From NCBI GenBank assembly GCA_033762115.1, contig JANRLX010000061.1:1-15772 (forward strand): a stretch of DNA of 15,772 nt. Direction: 5' to 3'. The notes beneath the pieces are model-generated. The model was not told where the DNA came from, did no database searches, and saw nothing but the letters and a program-made list of their open reading frames with translations. Position numbers and translations under genes: made by a program. Positions 10,215-15,772 of this stretch are shown here, piece by piece. Source of the DNA: Verrucomicrobiota bacterium. Its GTDB lineage: Bacteria; Verrucomicrobiota; Verrucomicrobiia; Limisphaerales; SXQI01. Numbering within the stretch: position 1 is the stretch's first letter; each line of letters begins with the position of its first letter.

Positions 10215-11468
10215 TTAAGTGTTGGGACGTCGATCCGGTGCAGGTGCCTTGGAGGGGGCGGGACCGCCATTTTTTGCTGGCGAACTGGCTGCGGCTGGAA
10301 CTGCTTTTGAAGAAGAAGCAGGCGAGGAGCTCCCACTGGACTGCCGGGCAGCCTGAATCAGTTTGCCACCGCCTTTATCCTGTTCTGCCTTGGGTTGCTC
10401 CAGCGAAACGACATCGCCGGGTTGCAGACCGTTCTGAATTTCGGCAAAGAAAAAATCTGAAATTCCCACCTGAACAGGCCTTCGTTCATAAGACTCACCG
10501 TTTTTCACATAAACAAATCGTTCAGAGCGACCGGTGTCAGGATTTTTCTCGGTGAACACAGCGGCCAGGGGCACGGCAAGAACCCCTTCAGCCGCGGCGA
10601 CAGGGATTTTAATGTTTGCGGTCATGCCAGGACGAACCTGTTCATCCACGTTGGTCAACAGAATGCGAACAGCAAACCCTTTGATATTATTTTTGATAGT
10701 GGCTTGTGGGGCAATGCGCTCGACTTTGCCAGTGATCTTCAAACCGGGAACTGCTTCAACCTGGACTTCCACTTCCTTGTCTACAGTGAGCCTGGTGATA
10801 TCTGCCTGATTGATGTGGGCGTTGATAATCATGGAATTGAGGTCTGCAATGGTGAGGACCTCGGTGCCGCTATTAAATCCACCAGAGCCGGAGACTGCCT
10901 GACCAATTGAAACGGGACGCGTGAGAATGGTGCAGTCAAAGGGAGCTTCGATCTTCGTTTTAGTCAATCGCTCCTCAAGGATCGCAAGTTCCCGCTGGGC
11001 ACGTTCGACCGCGTTCCGAGCCAGATCGAACTCGGTCTTGGCATTCTCATAAAGTTCCAACGCCATCAGATCATCAGCGAAGAGTTGTTGGGATCGTTTG
11101 TAATTGCGTTCAGCTTGCTGCAATTGCAAATTGGCCCGCTCAATTTCAGTGAGCATTGAAGAGCGCTGATTTTGTAATTCCTTATCATCCAGCGAAAAAA
11201 GGATTGCTCCCTTTTTGACCTTGTCTCCCAGGTCCACCGGCAACTGCTCAATACGCCCGTTGATTTCCGGTTTTACGGAAACTTGCTCGGCTGGGCCGAT
11301 CTCACCCGCAGCGCTGACGCTGAACCGGATGTCACGCTCTTCAACAACAGCAGTCTTTGTACGCGAAGCCACGCCAGTGGGGTTTGTGGCAGAGAGTTGC
11401 TTCCCATACTTGCTCCAGCCAAAATATCCACCTGCGGCCAGCAGGGCCATAATCACAATCCATTTCAT
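10215..11468 (-). CDS. Periplasmic adaptor / membrane fusion protein, MacA-like (efflux RND MFP family)
   Basis: 417 aa with an N-terminal hydrophobic anchor, lipoyl halves (VKPEINGRIEQLPVDLGDKVKKG; KIEAPFDCTI) flanking a coiled-coil hairpin, and VRPGMTA, VPLAAV, EIQNGLQPGDVV. It ends in an S/A/P-rich tail. Confidence 0.92.
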   Translation of the reverse strand: MKWIVIMALLAAGGYFGWSKYGKQLSATNPTGVASRTKTAVVEERDIRFSVSAAGEIGPAEQVSVKPEINGRIEQLPVDLGDKVKKGAILFSLDDKELQNQRSSMLTEIERANLQLQQAERNYKRSQQLFADDLMALELYENAKTEFDLARNAVERAQRELAILEERLTKTKIEAPFDCTILTRPVSIGQAVSGSGGFNSGTEVLTIADLNSMIINAHINQADITRLTVDKEVEVQVEAVPGLKITGKVERIAPQATIKNNIKGFAVRILLTNVDEQVRPGMTANIKIPVAAAEGVLAVPLAAVFTEKNPDTGRSERFVYVKNGESYERRPVQVGISDFFFAEIQNGLQPGDVVSLEQPKAEQDKGGGKLIQAARQSSGSSSPASSSKAVPAAASSPAKNGGPAPSKAPAPDRRPNT

Positions 11469-11533
11469 TCGCGATAATGCTTCAACCAGCTAATCAATTA
11501 ATTTAAGGGGAATCGTAAATCCCGCAAATAACA

Positions 11534-11560
11534 GACGGTTTGCAGGAAGGGCAGGTTACC
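11534..11560 (-). promoter_or_regulatory. Candidate ECF sigma-factor promoter for the MacAB-like operon
   Basis: The minus strand reads GGTAAC-N17-CGTC about 65 nt upstream of the adaptor ATG, matching the generic ECF AAC/CGTC pattern. Confidence 0.4.
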
Positions 11561-11627
11561 TTGCTCCAAGCTCTTCTTCCCATCGAACCAACCACTTCTG
11601 ACTCGTCAGTGCCCAAAAAAATTCAAA

Positions 11628-11636
11628 TGATACATT
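11628..11636 (+). promoter_or_regulatory. Candidate extended -10 promoter for the CLC gene
   Basis: TG-A-TACATT lies 10 nt before ATG 11647, preceded by an A-tract. Confidence 0.35.
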
Positions 11637-11646
11637 AAAGAGGGAA

Positions 11647-13431
11647 ATGAATTGGGGAATACTCAAAGAAACTGTGCTGCCGTTCTTTCAGCGGCATTGG
11701 GAACGTGCCCTCAAAGTTCGGGAGTATATCCGGATCAATGAAGAGACAATCCATGTTGTTTTGGCGGGAATTGTTGGAATTGCGGGTGGACTGACAAACG
11801 TGCTTTTCGTCGGACTGATTGATTTGGGGATGAGAGCCGGTCTTCGCCAATCAGGGGATCTTGTGGAAATCGCGGAGAGTCTGCAACCCTGGCAACGATT
11901 ATTGACCCCGGTCATCGGAGGTCTGGTTGCTGGGCTGGTGCTTTTTTTTGGTTTGCGGCTGATGGGAAAGCAGGGGGCAAACAACATTATCGAGGTAGTG
12001 ATTGCAGGCGATGGCAGGCTGCAAATGCGAAGCGCGCTGGTTAAGGGAGTTGCTTCAATGATCAGCATTGCGACAGGTGCTTCGATTGGACGAGAAGGTT
12101 CCATTACGCACCTGACCGCGACGTTTGCATCAAAAGGTGGGCAACTTGCCAATTGGCCGCCATACCGGTTAAGGCTGCTCGTGGCCTGCGGGGCAGCTTC
12201 AGGAATGGCTGCGGCATATAATGCGCCTGTGGCTGGTGCGGTTTTTGCCGCACAGATTGTCCTGGGAAATTTTTCAATGCATCTTTTTGCGCCCCTGGTG
12301 TTTTCCTCAGTGATCGCCACGATGGTTTCGCGCACGTTTTTTGGAATTGAACCGTTTTACGAGGTGCCTTCCTACGATTTTACGCGATTGGGACAACTAC
12401 CCTGGTTCCTCGTACTGGGGATGCTTTCAGGTTTGCTGGCGGCAACTTTTCTTAAAATGCTTCGGCACAGCGAACAATGGTTCATTGCTCTGAAAGTCCC
12501 TATCTATATTCGATTAATGATTGGGGGGCTGGTCGTTGGTATTTTGGCGATTTTTTTTCCACAGGTCTGGGGGAATGGATACGGGGCGATCAACCAGATT
12601 TTGCATAAGCATCCCACGCTGGTCTTTTTATTTGGAGTTTTGCTGGCAAAGCTATTGGCCACGATTGCCTCCGTGGGTTCTGGAGCAATAGGCGGCGTGT
12701 TTACCCCCACGTTGTTTTTAGGCGCGGCATTGGGGAGCCTGGTGGGTGCATTGCTGCATTCATTGGAATTAACCACATTGCCGACAGGAGCGTTTGCAAT
12801 CGTTGGAATGGGGAGTGTTTTGGCCGCAACCATTCATGCACCCCTGCTGGCGATGATCATGATTTTTGAAATTTCGCTGAATTATTCGATGATGCCTCCA
12901 TTAATGTTGGCATGTGTGGTTTCAACTCTCGTCAGCAGACGATTGCATCCGGAATCGATCTATACAGAGCCGCTACGTATTAAAGGTTTTGCAGCACAGC
13001 AGGATACCCACGAACTAGGGGCTGCCATCCAGACTTCTGTGGGGGAGATTATGCGGGAACGGGTGGAACCGTTGCGGGACACCACCAGTTTTCGGGCCAT
13101 TGCAGATCGGTTCCTGACGAGTCCCTACAATTATTTACCTGTAGTGGATGAAAATCAGCGGCTGCTTGGTGTTGTGGCATTGCATGACATGAAGGAATAC
13201 CTCGGCGCCGAACATGAACTCCATAGTGTCATCGCAGTGGACATCATGAGGCCTCCTCCTGCCTGTCTGACCCCGAACCAAAAATTAATGGATGTGGTCC
13301 CGCTGCTGCTCAAAAGTGAATTGAGGAACGTGCCGGTAGTAAACACGTTAAACGATTTCAAATTGGTTGGCTCCATCTCGAGGGCGGAAGCGTTGAGCCT
13401 GGTTTCGGAAACCATTTCAAAAAAACAATAA
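11647..13431 (+). CDS. ClcB-like CLC chloride channel/transporter with C-terminal CBS pair
   Basis: 594 aa, multi-TM, with GASIGREGS, ACGAASGMAAAYNAP, GGVFTPTLFLGA, IHAPLLAMIMIFE and ESIYT. The C-terminal CBS motifs are VGEIM, YLPVVDENQRLLGVV and NVPVV. Confidence 0.92.
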   Translation: MNWGILKETVLPFFQRHWERALKVREYIRINEETIHVVLAGIVGIAGGLTNVLFVGLIDLGMRAGLRQSGDLVEIAESLQPWQRLLTPVIGGLVAGLVLFFGLRLMGKQGANNIIEVVIAGDGRLQMRSALVKGVASMISIATGASIGREGSITHLTATFASKGGQLANWPPYRLRLLVACGAASGMAAAYNAPVAGAVFAAQIVLGNFSMHLFAPLVFSSVIATMVSRTFFGIEPFYEVPSYDFTRLGQLPWFLVLGMLSGLLAATFLKMLRHSEQWFIALKVPIYIRLMIGGLVVGILAIFFPQVWGNGYGAINQILHKHPTLVFLFGVLLAKLLATIASVGSGAIGGVFTPTLFLGAALGSLVGALLHSLELTTLPTGAFAIVGMGSVLAATIHAPLLAMIMIFEISLNYSMMPPLMLACVVSTLVSRRLHPESIYTEPLRIKGFAAQQDTHELGAAIQTSVGEIMRERVEPLRDTTSFRAIADRFLTSPYNYLPVVDENQRLLGVVALHDMKEYLGAEHELHSVIAVDIMRPPPACLTPNQKLMDVVPLLLKSELRNVPVVNTLNDFKLVGSISRAEALSLVSETISKKQ

Positions 13432-13447
13432 CCTGTTCTCTTTGTGC

Positions 13448-14950
13448 TTAGCTGGCGGCAGCGATTTCTTCTTCCAGATCGACGATTTCCTTGATTTGGG
13501 TGAGAAACCAGCGGTCAATTTTACTGAGACTGTATATCTCCTCAATGCTGAAGCCTGCCCGTAACGCATGACGAATGAAAAAAATTCGTTCAGCATTCGG
13601 AACACTAAGTTTTCTGGAGATGACTTCACGCGGCAGGATTGCCCGGTCCTCGTAAACTTCATTTCCTATTCTCCACGGTTTACCATCTCCACCCAGGCCG
13701 CTTCGTCCAATCTCAAGTGAGCGGAGGCATTTTTGCAGCGATTCCTTAAACGTTCGACCGATGGCCATAGCTTCACCAACAGATTTCATTTGCGTATTCA
13801 AAGTTGGGTCAGCTTGTGGGAATTTTTCAAAGGCAAAACGGGGGATTTTTGTGACAACGTAATCAATCGTCGGTTCGAAGCTTGCCGGGGTCTCGCGTGT
13901 GATGTCGTTTTTGATTTCATCCAGCAGGTAACTCACCGCGAGTTTTGCAGCAATTTTGGCAATAGGAAAACCAGTCGCCTTGGATGCCAATGCGGAGGAA
14001 CGGGATACGCGGGGATTCATTTCGATGATCACCATGCGACCATTGTCAGGATTAACTCCAAATTGAATGTTTGAACCGCCAGTTTCCACTCCGATTTCGC
14101 GAATTACAGCAAAGGAAGCATCCCGCATGATCTGGTATTCCTTGTCTGTGAGAGTCTGGATCGGAGCAACTGTAATGGAATCGCCCGTATGTACCCCCAT
14201 GGGGTCAAAATTTTCAATGGAACAAACGATGACACAGTTGTCAGCACGGTCGCGCATGACTTCCATTTCATACTCTTTCCAGCCGAGCAATGATTCTTCG
14301 ACAAGAATTTCGGAGACGGGGGAGAGTTCAATTCCACGTTTGGCGATCGTGGCAAACTCCTCCCGGTTGTAGGCGATGCCCCCGCCAGTTCCCCCAAGGG
14401 TGAATGCAGGACGGATGATCAGGGGGAAGCGCCCGATCCTTTCGGCCACAGCCTGGGCTTCCTCAAGATTATGAGCGGTGCCGCTGATGGGAACATCAAG
14501 GCCGATTTTGATCATCAAATCCTTGAAAATCTGACGGTCTTCGCCTCGCTCGATTGCCTGGGCGTTGGCGCCGATCATTTCTATCTGATGCTTTTCGAGC
14601 ACTCCGCTTCGGAAAAGAGACATGGCTGTATTGAGCGCGGTCTGCCCTCCGAGAGTAGGCAACAGAACCAGCTTGCCCGGGTCGCCAAGGCGCTTAAGTT
14701 CAGCAAGTTCGCGAACGATAATCTTTTCAACGCATTCGGGAGTGATTGGCTCAATATAAGTTCTGTCAGCGAACTCCGGGTCCGTCATGATGGTTGCCGG
14801 ATTGGAATTAACCAGTACGACACGGTAGCCTTCTTCCTTGAGGGCTTTGCAGGCCTGAGTCCCGGAATAATCAAATTCGGAAGCCTGCCCAATGATAATT
14901 GGGCCTGCTCCAATAATAAGAACCGAATGAATGTCGGTGCGCTTCGGCAT
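13448..14950 (-). CDS. carB: Carbamoyl-phosphate synthase large subunit, N-terminal half only (CarB1-like)
   Basis: [87 protein letters not shown] and [14 protein letters not shown]. It stops at 500 aa after [13 protein letters not shown], whereas full-length CarB is about twice as long. Confidence 0.9.
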   Translation of the reverse strand: MPKRTDIHSVLIIGAGPIIIGQASEFDYSGTQACKALKEEGYRVVLVNSNPATIMTDPEFADRTYIEPITPECVEKIIVRELAELKRLGDPGKLVLLPTLGGQTALNTAMSLFRSGVLEKHQIEMIGANAQAIERGEDRQIFKDLMIKIGLDVPISGTAHNLEEAQAVAERIGRFPLIIRPAFTLGGTGGGIAYNREEFATIAKRGIELSPVSEILVEESLLGWKEYEMEVMRDRADNCVIVCSIENFDPMGVHTGDSITVAPIQTLTDKEYQIMRDASFAVIREIGVETGGSNIQFGVNPDNGRMVIIEMNPRVSRSSALASKATGFPIAKIAAKLAVSYLLDEIKNDITRETPASFEPTIDYVVTKIPRFAFEKFPQADPTLNTQMKSVGEAMAIGRTFKESLQKCLRSLEIGRSGLGGDGKPWRIGNEVYEDRAILPREVISRKLSVPNAERIFFIRHALRAGFSIEEIYSLSKIDRWFLTQIKEIVDLEEEIAAAS

Positions 14951-15001
14951 AAATCAGGTGGGATTAAAACGATTTCTCCGGGATTGTCAGTAATTTCTCG
15001 C

Positions 15002-15772
15002 TTAAAAGGGAAAACCAATTGAAAAGTGCAATGTTCCAGCAGGATCCTGGGCCCGCCGATTCAGGTTGTGACCGTACTCCAGCCGGGCTGGTCCTATGAT
15101 GGTTTTCCAACGGAGTCCTCCCCCCGCGGAATACAGCCCCTCATCAAATGGATAATCCCTTAGATTTTGGGCAAAACCAACCGCATCGAAAAAAAAGACC
15201 AGTGACCATGATCGAGTCAAAGCCTGCTCGAATTCGATATTTCCAACCGTGAATGCTTCTGCACCGATCAGATTCCCTTGCTGATCACGTGGCGCGGCTT
15301 CTCCATATTGATAGCCCCGGACAGAATTTTCTCCTCCCGGAAAAAAACGGCGATTAAATGGAAGATCTTCTGCAGGTGTGCCCACGCTCGCGATCAGTCC
15401 ATGCGTTACCCCCAAATTGAACCAACTCCCCCTCAGCAGGGGAATGTGCCATGCAGCGTTTGCCTCAAACCGTTGATAATCCACATTTCCTCCAAGGTAA
15501 TCCGAAGCAATTTCAAGTGTGGAAAAAACCTTGAAGCCGCGCCGGGGATATAATGGATTATCACGTTGATCATGGCGCCAATCCCCAATGATAGCCCCGA
15601 CATTGGCTTCTTTTCTCCCGAATTCCGGGGAGACGGGGAACTCTTCAGCGTTTAGAACTTGATAAGAATAGCGCAATCCTACCTCACTGGACAAACCTGG
15701 GAATCGCTTTCTTCCGCCGAAACCTCCCCCAAACTCCTCTCGAATAAAAGAAGCCTCCTCCCTCCTGAGGCC
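15002..15772 (-). CDS. Omp85-family (TamA/BamA) outer membrane beta-barrel protein, 5'-truncated by the window edge
   Basis: The frame is open to the window end (GLRREEASFIREEFGGG...). It has RDNPLYPRRG, the loop-6 motif RFFPGGENSVRGY, GGGLRWKTIIGPARLEYG and a C-terminal beta-signal LHFSIGFPF. Confidence 0.9.
   Translation of the reverse strand, partial: GLRREEASFIREEFGGGFGGRKRFPGLSSEVGLRYSYQVLNAEEFPVSPEFGRKEANVGAIIGDWRHDQRDNPLYPRRGFKVFSTLEIASDYLGGNVDYQRFEANAAWHIPLLRGSWFNLGVTHGLIASVGTPAEDLPFNRRFFPGGENSVRGYQYGEAAPRDQQGNLIGAEAFTVGNIEFEQALTRSWSLVFFFDAVGFAQNLRDYPFDEGLYSAGGGLRWKTIIGPARLEYGHNLNRRAQDPAGTLHFSIGFPF

Noticed and set aside
10205..10336. 44-aa N-terminal extension of the ABC ATPase in the ORF track
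   Set aside because: It overlaps the adaptor gene's 3' end, and family homology begins at ATG 10204.
11598..11609. Palindrome CTGAC-TC-GTCAG in the divergent spacer as an operator
   Set aside because: The arms are only 5 bp, there is a single copy, and no regulator gene is nearby, so it cannot be told from chance.
11469..11646. Fluoride riboswitch upstream of the CLC gene
   Set aside because: I could not find the GGxGATGG...GCTRATGAC-type consensus, and the protein lacks the CLC-F GEVTP motif.
13432..13447. Terminator between the convergent CLC and carB genes
   Set aside because: The gap is only 16 nt and contains no stable GC-rich stem.

Overview
The window is mostly housekeeping and cell-envelope genes from a bacterium, probably Verrucomicrobiota/PVC. 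That placement is inferred from the GroEL termini and the dnaK-groES-groEL order. On the + strand, a 5'-truncated dnaK, groES and groEL end at an intrinsic terminator. On the - strand are a Rep/UvrD-family SF1A helicase, an App1-type HAD phosphatase and a four-gene MacAB-like (type VII ABC) operon: adaptor, stand-alone ATPase and two tandem paralogous permeases, with no TolC. A divergent ClcB-like CLC protein with CBS domains follows. Converging on it is a gene encoding only the N-terminal half of carbamoyl-phosphate synthase large subunit, preceded by a truncated Omp85 (TamA/BamA) gene. I saw no mobile element, CRISPR array, tRNA or rRNA. The most notable points are the cleanly terminated half-CarB, a CLC lacking the canonical selectivity filter and inner glutamates, the two-permease exporter with a shared Arg/Gly-rich insert and a candidate ECF promoter, the Rep-like helicase tail, structured chaperone-operon spacers and apparently leaderless promoters. 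I cannot support a claim of a wholly new system from sequence alone.
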